Of a stretch of 64,000 nt of DNA, positions 10,257-21,293 are shown in pieces; within the stretch, counting starts at the first letter, position 1; the number at the start of each line of letters is the position of its first letter. The notes under the pieces were generated by a model. It was not told the origin of the DNA. It saw only the letters and a list, made by a program, of their open reading frames with translations, and did no database searches. The position numbers and the translations under genes are program-made. Where the stretch lies: positions 14,875 through 78,874 of the forward strand of contig CBDCEW010000083.1 in NCBI GenBank assembly GCA_965215885.1, given 5' to 3'. This DNA comes from Candidatus Moanibacter sp. GTDB lineage: Bacteria > Verrucomicrobiota > Verrucomicrobiia > Opitutales > UBA2987.

Positions 10257-12176
10257 TAGACCTTATCCGAAAAGCTACTGATTGGCCGCAAAGAGGCGCA
10301 AAAGGCGCAAGAAAAACTTGAGAAAAATCATTTTTGGCTTGATAAAAAGTGTCGCAACATGCTAGTGTTTAACAACTTAAGATTAAGAAAGGAGTTAAAC
10401 ATGCCAACATGTGCGACAGAGGAGAACAAAAGCGATAAGACGCCCCTTAGCAACCTCATTCTGCCGGTTCCAGACACGGATTTCCGTGATTTTCTGGATG
10501 AAGTTGAAGAATTGGCCGGGTTCGCGGCGCAAATCATCGAGGCGATCGAGAAGGATCTGGACGCCCATGCGCGTGAGAAGAAGAAACTTCGATTGGAAGA
10601 TCGCAGGTTCTTTGAAGGGCGCACAGCGGAGCTGCCGGAGCTGGACATCGAGGAGGAGAATATTCTGGCTGCTGAATTGAATCTTGGGGCAGGCCGGCCG
10701 CGGATGCCGGCTTATGCGGTATACGTGTTCGTGATGATTCGAGGGTTTCTGGGTTCGTTGACCACGAAACCGGCACGGCGGTTTGTGCGCGAGTCGATGA
10801 GCTTGTACGGATTTTTGCAGAGCGGGGGACTGAGAATGCCGGCGGTGACGACGATTCTGGAGAACGTGAACCTGGTCAGCCATACGACCCGCGAGTTGAT
10901 CTTTGATAAACAGATTGGGTTTATCCTCCAGGAGCAATGGGACGATTTCGGGAAGCTGACGATCGACAGCACCTCGGTGAAAGCAAACAGCTGCTGGCCC
11001 ACCGATGGGAAGATTCTGAGCGGTCTTTTGATGCGGGCCAATCGTTTGGGTCAGAAGTTGCATGTCTTCGGGCTGGAGGATTTTCGCAAGGGATGGGTTG
11101 GGCGTTGGCTGGAGGAAATGGACAAGCTGGAGTTTCAGATTTGTCTGGCCGCGGGCAAACCGAAGTCGAAGGGCAAGCTGAAGAAACACTACCGGCGGTT
11201 GCTCAAGCGGGGCCGCAAGGCGGCCGACTCACTAACGGGGGAACTGAGCCATCTTGAAGAGGGCCTGTCGATGGATTCACTGCCTCCCACTCGCCGGGAG
11301 CTTCTGGAGCGGGCATTGAGCCAGATCAGGGGTGATATTGCCGACGCCAAGCGGGTTGTTGAGTATGCTCATGATCGGGTGTTTCACGAAAAGAAGCTAC
11401 CGTCCACACAGAAGGTCCTGAGCCTCTCGGACGGATCGGCGGCCTACATCAAGAAGGGCAGCCGCAATCCAGTGATCGGGTACAAGCCACAACTGGTTCG
11501 CAGCGAAAACGGTTTTGTCACCAGCCTGATCGTACCGCAAGGCAACGCGGCAGACTCCATTGAGCTGGCGCCGGCCATCGGCGATTCGATCAAGCGCACC
11601 GGTGTCATTGCTGAACTGGTCAGCACCGATGACGGATATGCTTCGGCGAAGGGACGCAAGGAGGTGCTGAGCATGGGGGTAAAGCAGATCAGTATCAGTG
11701 GGGCGAAGGGCAAGAAGTTGACCACCCCCGAGGACTGGGAGAGCGAGGCGTATCGCGAGGCACGCCGCGATCGCTCCGCAGTGGAGTCGCTGATGTTCAC
11801 GATTAAAGATGGATTTGCCTTTGGCGAACTCGGCCGCCGCGGCATCGATGCGGTAGGCGATGAACTGCTCGAGAAGGTTCTGGCCTACAACTTCTGCCGC
11901 ATCATACTGATGAAGAAACGCCGAGGGGAGGAACTGGAACAGGCAGCCTGAATCTGACCGCTTTGAAGCTCAGAGAAAAAAGCACCACGGGATGAGTATG
12001 CCTCCAGACAGCGGCAAATATACGTATTGTGCAGCAAGCCACGCCGATGGCCGCTCAATACCTGCTCATCGGCAGCGCCGGCAGCCTAAAACCCGAAACC
12101 TGCCAGCCATAGGCTGGTCCGCCCGTGGCGGAGAACCTTAAACCGCCCGCTCGAAAGGCTTTTCGAATGGGGTCTA
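10257..12176 (+). mobile_element. insertion sequence (IS5/IS1182-like or unclassified DDE)
   Basis: Imperfect ~20-bp terminal IRs tagaccttatccgaaaag / cttttcgaatggggtcta. The terminal TA may be the target duplication. Confidence 0.85.
10401..11951 (+). CDS. DDE transposase
   Basis: GRP, TIDST, STDDGY and RSAVESL motifs; AAGGAG RBS before the ATG at 10401. Confidence 0.9.
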   Translation: MPTCATEENKSDKTPLSNLILPVPDTDFRDFLDEVEELAGFAAQIIEAIEKDLDAHAREKKKLRLEDRRFFEGRTAELPELDIEEENILAAELNLGAGRPRMPAYAVYVFVMIRGFLGSLTTKPARRFVRESMSLYGFLQSGGLRMPAVTTILENVNLVSHTTRELIFDKQIGFILQEQWDDFGKLTIDSTSVKANSCWPTDGKILSGLLMRANRLGQKLHVFGLEDFRKGWVGRWLEEMDKLEFQICLAAGKPKSKGKLKKHYRRLLKRGRKAADSLTGELSHLEEGLSMDSLPPTRRELLERALSQIRGDIADAKRVVEYAHDRVFHEKKLPSTQKVLSLSDGSAAYIKKGSRNPVIGYKPQLVRSENGFVTSLIVPQGNAADSIELAPAIGDSIKRTGVIAELVSTDDGYASAKGRKEVLSMGVKQISISGAKGKKLTTPEDWESEAYREARRDRSAVESLMFTIKDGFAFGELGRRGIDAVGDELLEKVLAYNFCRIILMKKRRGEELEQAA

Positions 12177-12196
12177 TCTAGAGGCTGTTCGGAGGC

Positions 12197-13393
12197 TTAC
12201 CCATTCAAGTCCGCCCGGTTCCTGGGCGGATGCGCCCGAATCGCATCCTCGTTCAGGTCCGTTCCCCACCCGGGACCGGAAGGTAAACTCAATTGCCCGT
12301 CCTCAATTTCCGGCACCGTTGTCACGATATCATCTTTCCAGGGCACATCGTCGATATCGATCTCCATGATCCGAAAATTCGGCACCGCAGCGCAAAAATG
12401 GGCGCTCATGAGTGTGCTGAGGTGCCCATAGAAATTATGAGGCGCTACATTGACCTCGTAGGCCTCAGCCATGGCGGCGATTTTTAGCGCCTGCCAGATT
12501 CCATTCCAGGGCACATCGATTATAGCCACGTCCATCGCGTACTCTTCAAAATACGGTTTGAAGCCTCGCAATCCGTATAATGACTCGCACGACGCCAATG
12601 GTGTGCGGACCGCATTCCGAATCAGCCTTAATGACGCAGGATCGAAGATGTCGATCTCAAACCATGCAAGACCGAGATCGTCGAGCGCCCGGACCACTTT
12701 GAGAAAGCCCTCCGTCTTGAAATTGAAATTCAGGTCGAGGTGTATCCCTATATCTGGCCCTGTCCCTTCCCGGAATGCGACGAGTTGCGCCCGCAGCGCA
12801 TCGACGACTGCCTTATCCGCGTTCAGCTCCGGCCAACCCGGCGTCTTCGCAAAGCCGGGCACATGAAACCTGGACTCGCCTTCGAACACCAAAATGTTCG
12901 TTTTCCGCGCCTTAAACCCACGCTCCCCTACTTCTTGCCCCAAAGCCATGATGTCTTCCAAACCCCGAAGCTGCGGCCGCCCGATGATTGCAGCCTTGTC
13001 CTCAGCCATGCTATAGGTGCCACAGTGTGACCAATAAAGTGGCAGGCGATCCCGGATGGCCCCGCCAAGCAGGTCGCATACTCGTACATCCAACGACCGA
13101 GCCTTGATGTCCACCAGAGCATTTTCGATTGCGGCAATCGCCTGCTGCGTCATGCCTCCGGGCGCCTGCCGGGTTACCGCATACAATTGCAGGCTCAGCC
13201 GCTCATGCGCACATGGGTCGCACCCGATGATACGCTCGGCCAGGCGTTCGATCACACCGGAGAGTCCCGGGCTTCCATAGCACTCGTTGTATTCGGCGAT
13301 GCCGGTCAGGCCCTCGTCAGTCGTCAGTTTCAGAAACGAAAATACCCGCCATCCCGCATCGCAATGCAACGTCTCATAACCGGTAAGCTTCAT
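12197..13393 (-). CDS. mandelate racemase/muconate lactonizing family enzyme (acid-sugar dehydratase-like)
   Basis: KARKTN, LDLN, WFEID, SCESL, APHN and PGWG motifs. Confidence 0.92.
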   Translation of the reverse strand: MKLTGYETLHCDAGWRVFSFLKLTTDEGLTGIAEYNECYGSPGLSGVIERLAERIIGCDPCAHERLSLQLYAVTRQAPGGMTQQAIAAIENALVDIKARSLDVRVCDLLGGAIRDRLPLYWSHCGTYSMAEDKAAIIGRPQLRGLEDIMALGQEVGERGFKARKTNILVFEGESRFHVPGFAKTPGWPELNADKAVVDALRAQLVAFREGTGPDIGIHLDLNFNFKTEGFLKVVRALDDLGLAWFEIDIFDPASLRLIRNAVRTPLASCESLYGLRGFKPYFEEYAMDVAIIDVPWNGIWQALKIAAMAEAYEVNVAPHNFYGHLSTLMSAHFCAAVPNFRIMEIDIDDVPWKDDIVTTVPEIEDGQLSLPSGPGWGTDLNEDAIRAHPPRNRADLNG

Positions 13394-13884
13394 ACCTGAT
13401 TTCGCGACTGGCTAACGACTCATGTCAAACTGCAAGAAGGACTTCCAGAGAAAAGCCCGACACGTCAAAGTCACAGTTCCAACAATAAACTGCAAGGGCG
13501 AAGGGGTTTGCCCTATCCCGCCCCGAGGAATTACACCTCCTATTTCAGGGGACCGTAAGATGACACCCCAAAACCCGTAGCCGGACGACTTCGTCGTTCG
13601 GTCCATCCCTATTTGACTCCCGGTCGCTACTGGAGAGAGGCGCAACAATTTCAATCAGACGTTCCTCAACATGGCCACCTTTCAATTCTAGAACACGATG
13701 ATGATCGCGACAGAATGTCGAACCGATTTCCCCTCTTGAAAGAATCCGCGGTGTTCTCTGTTTCCTTCTGTTCAATTCTTTTCTCTTTGTAAGAGCTTTC
13801 CAGTTCGGTTACGAATAAAGGATTGAGCACCGAAGCGCTCAAAAAAGATCGACAATTCCCCTTCTTCACCTCTCGAATCGCAAC

Positions 13885-14790
13885 ATGAAAATCCGTCTGG
13901 TCACAATCCGATCTGCCTTTTATTCGCCTGTAATCGTTACCGCGAGGTTGTTTCTAGATCCTGAAAATCTCGAAAGTGAACTGGTCTTTCGCGACGAGGA
14001 GCAGTCAAAACCGCCGCCGACTGATGACACCATCGTAATCGAGCAGATGGCGCCTTCCGCAAGCATGGTTCAATTGTCGAAAGGGAACTCGTCCGTGCCC
14101 ATCCATATTGCCTCCATCAATACACGCGACGGCTTCTACCTCGTGACCCGTGAGCCGAGCGAATCTTTCGACTTGAAAGATCTCGAAGGCAGCACATTCG
14201 TGCCCGCCAGCTTTGCCGTTCAGCCTGAGGCTTGCCTGCGTTTCTGTCTGCATCTGCACGGCGTCGATGCCTCAAAGATTACCTTCGTTCGCGGTCTCGA
14301 CGGCATGGATGCCGCTCAACAGGCGTTTCGAACCGGACAGGGCGAATATGTCCACTTGCAGGATCCTTTGGCCGAAGAGCTGGTGCACGAAGGGCTCGGC
14401 CACAAGGTCGCTTCCGTCGGCCGCCTCTTGGGTCCGATCTCCTTCAGTACGCTGCAAGTACAGCCTCAGACGATTTCCGATCACGGCGAGTTTCTGGTCA
14501 CATTTCTGCAGGCCTATCGGAACGCCCTCTCGTGGATGTCCGACCAGAGTCCCTCGGAGATTGCTTCCTTCCTGGCCGAACATTTTCCGAATTCCAGCGA
14601 ATCGGTCGTAGAGGTTGCCATCCAGGGTTACAAAAGCATCGAAACCTGGCCGCGTTCCCCGATCATTGAACGCTCCCACTATCAGCGAGCCGCGCAGATG
14701 TTTACGCAGCAGTCTGATTTAACCGGCGTAACCGAATCTTATCCCTACGAAACCTGCTGCAACGATGAATTGGCTCTGCAGGTCTTGTAG
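13885..14790 (+). CDS. NMT1/THI5-like substrate-binding protein
   Basis: SAFYSP, TRDGFYLV and YVHLQDP motifs. No signal peptide and no adjacent permease. Confidence 0.75.
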   Translation: MKIRLVTIRSAFYSPVIVTARLFLDPENLESELVFRDEEQSKPPPTDDTIVIEQMAPSASMVQLSKGNSSVPIHIASINTRDGFYLVTREPSESFDLKDLEGSTFVPASFAVQPEACLRFCLHLHGVDASKITFVRGLDGMDAAQQAFRTGQGEYVHLQDPLAEELVHEGLGHKVASVGRLLGPISFSTLQVQPQTISDHGEFLVTFLQAYRNALSWMSDQSPSEIASFLAEHFPNSSESVVEVAIQGYKSIETWPRSPIIERSHYQRAAQMFTQQSDLTGVTESYPYETCCNDELALQVL

Positions 14791-15150
14791 ACTTGAGTCT
14801 GTGGTTATTTTCAACGGTGGGAGTCCGTCGAACCTACCGCGGATCAAACTGAAGGACACCCTTAATAGCGTTCTCCTCGTCCCGCTCAGCGAGACTACCG
14901 GGAAACTACGGCTCTTTGCCCTGGCGAATGTTGTGTCGTCCTAGGAAGTGATTTTTGGTACACTGTCCCGAAGCCCCGACTTGCTCAATGTCTCCTTCGC
15001 GAATCGTAATCCTCAATGAAATTCGACCGGTTCGAGCGAATTCACTCGAAACTTCCACTGCGCCCGGCTCGTATCGGCCCCTCCCGCAGTCGCCGGGTAC
15101 CCAGAAATCGGCGACCGTCTCTCACTCAAATCGGTCTCTCAGCAAACAGC

Positions 15151-16260
15151 TCACTCCCCCTCGAATTCGCGAATCAACTGTTTTAGGTCGTCCGCCGAGA
15201 TTTCTCGACTCCAGCCTTCCAGCTTTGCCCGTGTTCCTATTTCATCCATAAGATAAAGCGCTCGCAGCCATTTCTCAGAAACTTCGTTGGTCGCTTCCAC
15301 TACAGCCTCCAAAGCGTCACTCCCGTAGGTCACGCCATGATACGCTGAATAACGATCGCGGATGGAGAGAATTCCCTTCAATATTCCAGCTGGTTCTAGA
15401 GGACCTACACGCACTTCGCGAAAGCAATGGATAAGATCGACACAAACCTGTCTGCAGTAGGACATCGCCGCTGGGGTTGCACCCGTGATGACTTGGAGGT
15501 CACCATTTTCGAGAGCCGGCACAACCAGCGAACCCCTTGTCTGCGCCTCAATATCGGCTAGATCGGCCAAACTCGGCAAAAATAAGAAAATACCGCCTCT
15601 TTGCTGAATCTCCCGTATGAGGGTATCTACTCTTTCCTCCAACTGACCCCGATATTTTACGCCAGCAAGAATGCTCGGCCTTCCATATCCAAGCCCCCAC
15701 GCGCGTTTTCCCGGCATTGACCCTGGCATGCGACTCAGTTCGCAGACCAGTCCCTCGAGAACCCGTTTGATCTCGCTTCCATTTGAATGGGACAACACGA
15801 CACTATTCCGGCTCATCCGGGCCGTTGCCTGGAATATCGCTTCAAAATCCCGATCACGTTCCGGTGCCTGGTCCAGTTGACCCTCCCTCGCGAGAAGAGT
15901 CAAATCCCTGCAGAAATGCTCGACTAAAGCTCCCTTTCCTCGCGGATATTCCTCCACGGGGGCTGCAGCAGTCCCACCATCTCTGTCAACTGCTATCGCC
16001 TCTCTTTCAACGCCCGGCATTAGGCTCCCACGATCGGCCGTTGCCAGTTCAACCAATTCGTCCCCGATTTCTCTAGAACGACCGGGATCAAGGTACTGCG
16101 CCCAACGCAAGATCACCCGATCGTCGGGAGGATTCCGCTTCCCCCGCTCAATATCCGATAGATAGGCCGACGATATCCCACAGGTCGCAGCAAAACGACT
16201 CTGCAATACCTGGCCCTCTTTTCTCAATTCACGAAGCCGACTTCCAAACGTTCCTGCCAT
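15151..16260 (-). CDS. XRE-type HTH fused to a degenerate ClpB/ClpC-like AAA+ (NBD1) domain
   Basis: FGSRLRELR...GISSAYLSDIERGKRNPP, then FCRDLTLLAREGQLD, AGVKYRGQLEERV, VITGAT and RYSAYHGV. Walker A and B are not recognisable. GGAGG RBS. Confidence 0.85.
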   Translation of the reverse strand: MAGTFGSRLRELRKEGQVLQSRFAATCGISSAYLSDIERGKRNPPDDRVILRWAQYLDPGRSREIGDELVELATADRGSLMPGVEREAIAVDRDGGTAAAPVEEYPRGKGALVEHFCRDLTLLAREGQLDQAPERDRDFEAIFQATARMSRNSVVLSHSNGSEIKRVLEGLVCELSRMPGSMPGKRAWGLGYGRPSILAGVKYRGQLEERVDTLIREIQQRGGIFLFLPSLADLADIEAQTRGSLVVPALENGDLQVITGATPAAMSYCRQVCVDLIHCFREVRVGPLEPAGILKGILSIRDRYSAYHGVTYGSDALEAVVEATNEVSEKWLRALYLMDEIGTRAKLEGWSREISADDLKQLIREFEGE

Positions 16261-16901
16261 ATCTCTCCTCCCGAGAATATTTTCAAATTGCCTCCATCAA
16301 TATTAGCAAATAAGCTTATATCTTAGTAAAAGTTAAAGGAACTTTTTTCATTATGTCGCATTTAACCCCAAAAATAGTAAGCTTAATAGCTATCTAATAG
16401 TAGGACAATCCCCAAAAAACAGGGACAGGCAATCTATTTGCTTCAGGGATTTCCGCGTTCGCAAGAACGTGGTCGCGGAACCCGAATCGACGAGATTTTT
16501 GGCAGAATCCTATATTTTCTCCCTTTGAAGTATCTCGTTCATTTATGAGATTGATCACTTTCCCTCCCCAAGCATCAAGATCCTCCCGCATCTGTCGGAA
16601 TTATCTGCACTTCTTCCCAATGAAGGTGCTGCCAGGCTCTCCGATTCCCTCAGCTTCTCACCGATCAATTGAACGCTCCTCTTTCGCAGTGCGTGAACCA
16701 TCATCCAGTGATACACAGCACTACGTCCATTAATTCTACATTCGATGTTAATACAAAACAGAATTAAGTATCATTCCTGGCAAAATAGGATAATAAGCCC
16801 TAATTCTTATCGTTTTCGTTTTCGAAAGGAAGATACGACAATGCCTGTTTTTACTGATAATCTTGCAACCCTGCGGGATGTGGTGTCCTCTGAGGAACAA
16901 A

Positions 16902-17783
16902 ATGAGAAAGCGGGTAAACCGAGCGGTCGAGCTGTTGGAACAGGATCAGCCTATCTATTACATTGGGTCCCATAGCGGTCATGTGCTGACTCGCGAGCAA
17001 GGCAAGGAGGACGCCTCGACCTGGGCGGACTACATCAACGTCGGGATGGAGCATGGGTCTTTCAATATGGGCGGACTGGACGAGTATATGGCAGGATTGA
17101 TCGAAGGAGGACCCACACGCAGTGGGCATCGTACTCCGGCGATCATCGTGGAAGCGCCGGTGGAGGGTAGGACAAAGGAGATGATTCAATTCAACGCCTG
17201 GCAGTTTCGTCAGATTCTGGCCCGGGGCGTCCACGGAATTCTGCTCTGCCAGGCGGAGTCGCCGGCGGCGGTTCGCACCTTCGTGCAATCCTGCCGCTAC
17301 CCCATCAACCGCCTCGGAGTGGGAAAGCGATTGGGAATCGGAACCCGTGGAGTCGGATCCGAGGGCTCGGCGGCGCCTGTCTGGGGATTGGACCGGGATG
17401 AGTACCTCGCTCGGGCGGATCCGTGGCCGCTCAATTCGGATGGAGAGTTGCTGTTGGGCCTCAAGATCGAATCGGCTGCTGCGATACCTCATATTGAAGA
17501 TATTCTGGCCGTGCCTGGAATCGGCTTTGCGGAAATGGGGCCGGGTGATATGAGTCTTTCATTGGGCTATCGGCAGGTTCCACGACCTCTGCCAGAGGAG
17601 ATGCTCAAAGCTCGCAGCCGGGTATTGGCGGCCTGCAAGGCGAATGGGGTCGCATTTCTTGAGGGTTCAGATCCAAAGAAGGTCAAGGAGCTTATAAAAG
17701 AAGGAGCAATGGTGATCGCCGGTGCGAAGGAAGAAACCGCAATTATCGGGCGAGAATTTACATCGCGGCAGATGCCGGTTTGA
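16902..17783 (+). CDS. HpcH/HpaI aldolase/citrate lyase family protein
   Basis: MEHG, LARGVHG, KIES and GPGD motifs; GAGG RBS before 16902. Confidence 0.85.
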   Translation: MRKRVNRAVELLEQDQPIYYIGSHSGHVLTREQGKEDASTWADYINVGMEHGSFNMGGLDEYMAGLIEGGPTRSGHRTPAIIVEAPVEGRTKEMIQFNAWQFRQILARGVHGILLCQAESPAAVRTFVQSCRYPINRLGVGKRLGIGTRGVGSEGSAAPVWGLDRDEYLARADPWPLNSDGELLLGLKIESAAAIPHIEDILAVPGIGFAEMGPGDMSLSLGYRQVPRPLPEEMLKARSRVLAACKANGVAFLEGSDPKKVKELIKEGAMVIAGAKEETAIIGREFTSRQMPV

Positions 17784-17887
17784 GCAGTAATTCGGAATCT
17801 CAATCGCTAATCGAACTGCCAATAGTTTACGAAATCGGGATCAATAAAATCCTTAATGCGGCTTCTTAACAAGATCCTTAGATCTGA

Positions 17888-18019
17888 TCAATTTTCTCCC
17901 GCCAATATTCTGTCCCCACCAACGGTGGGCATCCGAAACAGTAACTCGATTACTGCCCAACGTTTCGGTTCAAGCTCATCGAGATACTCGTCTACCGAAT
18001 CAGCTTTGCTCTGTACCAT
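17888..18019 (-). pseudogene. possible DUF1801 (YdhG-like) N-terminal remnant
   Basis: MVQSKADSVDEYLDELEPKRWAVIELL resembles DUF1801 starts; the frame stops after 43 aa. Confidence 0.45.
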
Positions 18020-18337
18020 CTGCGTTTCAAAAATGGTTAGGACCCAGATTACTTCCGCCAATCACGTTGAGGCGGTGAATTGATCGTTCAAGGAAAAGAC
18101 TACGGTTGCGAGCACGTTTTCCTAATGCGGCCATCGGGAAGAAGACCCGTGCGCATCAATGGCGTTTCAGGCAGACCGAGGGATACACTTAAATAATAGG
18201 CCTGACCCTGTCTCAACAGATTCGCCTCGACATGCAGCATCCAATCTACGAACCTCAGAGGAACCCCATGGCGGACGAAAGGAATGAGATAGGCGGACCG
18301 ATCGACGGCACGCCTCGAGACAAACGCGGGTTCTGAA

Positions 18338-19093
18338 ATGAGTTCACCCAACAAGGTCGCAATCGTTACAGGAGCCGGATCCGGCATTGGCAAGCGGACA
18401 TCGCTTGCTCTTCTGCGGGAGGGGTATTCCGTTGTTCTGGCCGGTCGTCGCGTAGAGGCTTTGGAAATGACAGCTGAGGAGGCGTCAGCCGACTCGCGAG
18501 CGCTGGTGGTACCCACGGACGTTACGGATGTTGCCTCCGTTCGAGCCCTGTTCGCCAAAACAAAGGAGACCTTTGGTCGGCTCGACTTACTCTTTAATAA
18601 TGCGGGAACCGGGGCGCCGCGAATACTTCTGGAAGACCTGACCTACGAGCAATGGAAAGAGGTAGTTGAAACCAACCTGACCGGCACGTTCCTGTGCACC
18701 CAAGAAGCGTTCAAGATTATGAAAGATCAGCAACCCAGGGGCGGGCGTATCATCAACAACGGCTCAGTATCGGCGCACGTGCCACGCGTAAACTCCTCGC
18801 CTTATGTGGCCACTAAGCATGCCATAACGGGTCTGACGAAATCGACCTCTCTTGATGGACGCAAGTACAATATTGCGTGCGGGCAGATCGATATTGGCAA
18901 CACGGCGACCGAAATGACCGAACGAATGAAGAAGGGGGTTCCGCAGGCCAATGGATCTGTAACGGTTGAGCCAAGAATGGATACCGATGATGTGGCACGT
19001 GCTGTCATCTATATGGCAAGTCTTCCCCTGGGTGCGAATGTGCAGTTTATGACCGTCATGGCGACGAAGATGCCCTACATCGGACGAGGTTGA
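18338..19093 (+). CDS. SDR family oxidoreductase
   Basis: [12 protein letters not shown] and YVATK motifs. Confidence 0.92.
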   Translation: MSSPNKVAIVTGAGSGIGKRTSLALLREGYSVVLAGRRVEALEMTAEEASADSRALVVPTDVTDVASVRALFAKTKETFGRLDLLFNNAGTGAPRILLEDLTYEQWKEVVETNLTGTFLCTQEAFKIMKDQQPRGGRIINNGSVSAHVPRVNSSPYVATKHAITGLTKSTSLDGRKYNIACGQIDIGNTATEMTERMKKGVPQANGSVTVEPRMDTDDVARAVIYMASLPLGANVQFMTVMATKMPYIGRG

Positions 19094-19327
19094 CCACAAC
19101 ACCGGCTTTTGCATTCGCGTGTGAGACCGGCCCTTCGGCAAGTTCGAAGCTAGGAAGATGCAGATTACGGTCGGAAGGGATCTCGCCGTTACCCAGAATT
19201 ATGAGAAGGGAGAGAATACCGATGAGGAAGGAAAAATCCGGAAAGTTTCAATTCGTGCGACCAACGTATATCGGAAAGAGGACGGAGAGTGGAAAATGAT
19301 CGGGCATCACACCGATTTGTTGCCGTT

Positions 19328-19939
19328 TTAGGGAACTAAAGCCTCGAGCATCCGCTTGAGGGCTAGCATACCGGGATCATCGCGGCCGATTGTCTTCTCC
19401 CCGAAAATCCGGGCCCGGCCCACTTTGCAGGGCTGATCTCGAAATTGGTCCAGGGCTTGATCAACCGCCTTATTGGCCTGTTCGATCATGGCGCCGGGAT
19501 CGGAGTGTCCGGTTATCGCCTTACCGACCGAATCCAGAGCATCGAGGATTGTCTTGTCACCCAGTCGGGCCTGACTTCGCTTCGACATGCCCGCCACCGC
19601 CTCGACTACCAGGTCACCCGTTTCACTCCATGCCACCTCCGTCCGCCCTCTGGTCTTCCTGGCCGCGGCCATAAGACCAGTTGCCAGCAACGTCCCTAGG
19701 GTGGATCCGGACACTCGCGTAAAAGCCTGGGCACATTTCATGAAGGCCATACCCAAATCCTCCGGAAGGTTCGGTAAATCGTCCTTTAATGATCGCGTGC
19801 CCCGAACCATCGTTACCCCGAGGTCGCCATCGCCAATAGCGCCGTCTGCCCGGTTGAGCTCATCGGCCACCGTCTCAATGTGCTCGATGATCTTCCCAAA
19901 ACCAGTACGCAAGCTCGCCGTAGTAAGCCCTTTGCTCAT
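19328..19939 (-). CDS. dhaL: dihydroxyacetone kinase subunit L
   Basis: LNRADGAIGDGDLG, GDKTILDAL, GRAR and DPG motifs; TGATG coupling to dhaK. Confidence 0.88.
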   Translation of the reverse strand: MSKGLTTASLRTGFGKIIEHIETVADELNRADGAIGDGDLGVTMVRGTRSLKDDLPNLPEDLGMAFMKCAQAFTRVSGSTLGTLLATGLMAAARKTRGRTEVAWSETGDLVVEAVAGMSKRSQARLGDKTILDALDSVGKAITGHSDPGAMIEQANKAVDQALDQFRDQPCKVGRARIFGEKTIGRDDPGMLALKRMLEALVP

Positions 19940-20940
19940 CACACGACTCTCCAGTGCGGACAATCGCAAGGTGCCTTCAAAAGTTCCTCCAACTCATCGT
20001 CCAGCACAATCAGCGAAATCGAGTGGCCCGTCATCTCCATCGATGTGCAGTAACGGCCGACCAGCGGTTCGACAATCGAAACCCCCCGATCTCTCAGCTG
20101 GGCGGCGACATACCGGTAGACGATATAAAGTTCCTCGAGCGGAGTCGCACCAAGGCTATTACAGAGGACCGACACACGGTCTCCTCCACTCAAAGCGATG
20201 TCGCTCAGGATCATATCGAGCATCTCAGCCGAGATCTCATCGGCCGAACGCAGCGCGCCCCGGCGGACACCCGGCTCACCGTGTATGCCCATGCCGATTT
20301 CCATTTCGTCTTCACCGAGTTCGAAGGTCGGTTTCCCCGCCGCCGGAACGATACAAGGGGTGAGGGCGACGCCGGCCGTTCTCATCGAGTCGACTGCCTT
20401 CCGTGCGACTTCCGCCACTTCATCGAGCGATCCTCCCGCCTTGGCCTTGGCCCCGGCAACCTTATAGGCGTAGATGATACCGGCGATTCCCCGCCGCTTG
20501 TCCCGTTCGTCGGGTCCGCCACTGGCGACATCATCACACCCGCGCACGGTGCGGGTTTCGATATCCTCCATTTCGAGCATTTCGGCGGCCATATCGAAAT
20601 TCATATTGTCGCCACTGTAATTGCCGTAGAGGAGCAAGACACCCTTGCCCCCGTTGGCTCGCCGGGTAGCCTCCGCCATTTGTTCCACATTAGGTGACGA
20701 GAACACGTCCCCGATGGCGCAGGCATCGAGCAACCCATCTCCCACATAACCGGTGAAGACCGGTAGGTGCCCCGAGCCCCCTCCGGAGACGAGACCCACC
20801 TTTCCTTCCACGGGTGAACCCGGACGCACAATTACGCGATTCTCGGGGCCACAGCGCTCATAATGGGCAGGATGCGCATCACACATCCCTTCGAGCATTT
20901 CATCTACATAAGCCAGCGGTTCGTTCAGGATCTTTTTCAT
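19939..20940 (-). CDS. dhaK: dihydroxyacetone kinase subunit K
   Basis: SGGGSGHLP, NYSGD, DDVAS and GMGIHGEPG motifs. Confidence 0.92.
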   Translation of the reverse strand: MKKILNEPLAYVDEMLEGMCDAHPAHYERCGPENRVIVRPGSPVEGKVGLVSGGGSGHLPVFTGYVGDGLLDACAIGDVFSSPNVEQMAEATRRANGGKGVLLLYGNYSGDNMNFDMAAEMLEMEDIETRTVRGCDDVASGGPDERDKRRGIAGIIYAYKVAGAKAKAGGSLDEVAEVARKAVDSMRTAGVALTPCIVPAAGKPTFELGEDEMEIGMGIHGEPGVRRGALRSADEISAEMLDMILSDIALSGGDRVSVLCNSLGATPLEELYIVYRYVAAQLRDRGVSIVEPLVGRYCTSMEMTGHSISLIVLDDELEELLKAPCDCPHWRVV

Positions 20941-21293
20941 ACTGTTTTGACAAGGTTTGAAATTATCTCGTTATGTATCGAACTTACGTCAGCGACCGGA
21001 AAATGGAAAGTAAATTCGAGGCTGCGTGCGAGGCGTGCCACAGGGCCAACATCTCATCGAATCTCCTGTTTCGTTCTCTGCGACCCACCCATAACCCCTC
21101 CCAGGGATCTGTTCGTTTAGAGGCTCGTTTACCGAATTCCCCTCCTGGTACGTGTTTAGCGTGCTTTTGATTGCTGGCTGCCCCAGGTCTTGTGCCCATC
21201 GTTCTGAATTTCGGTTGGCACGCAAATTGCGTGGAGTTCTCTGGTTAGAGCATGAAGAAAATGGGGAGCAGAGGGAGGGCACTGGAGTCGTTG

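Noticed and set aside
8401..10400. btuB call with a cobalamin riboswitch
   Set aside because: The size fits, but no riboswitch is visible and the substrate cannot be assigned.
15151..16260. Calling the HTH fusion clpB or clpC
   Set aside because: It lacks the Clp N domain, NBD2 and Walker motifs.
16841..16975. Short ORF with a good RBS overlapping the aldolase start
   Set aside because: No recognisable family; cannot be distinguished from a chance ORF or a remnant.
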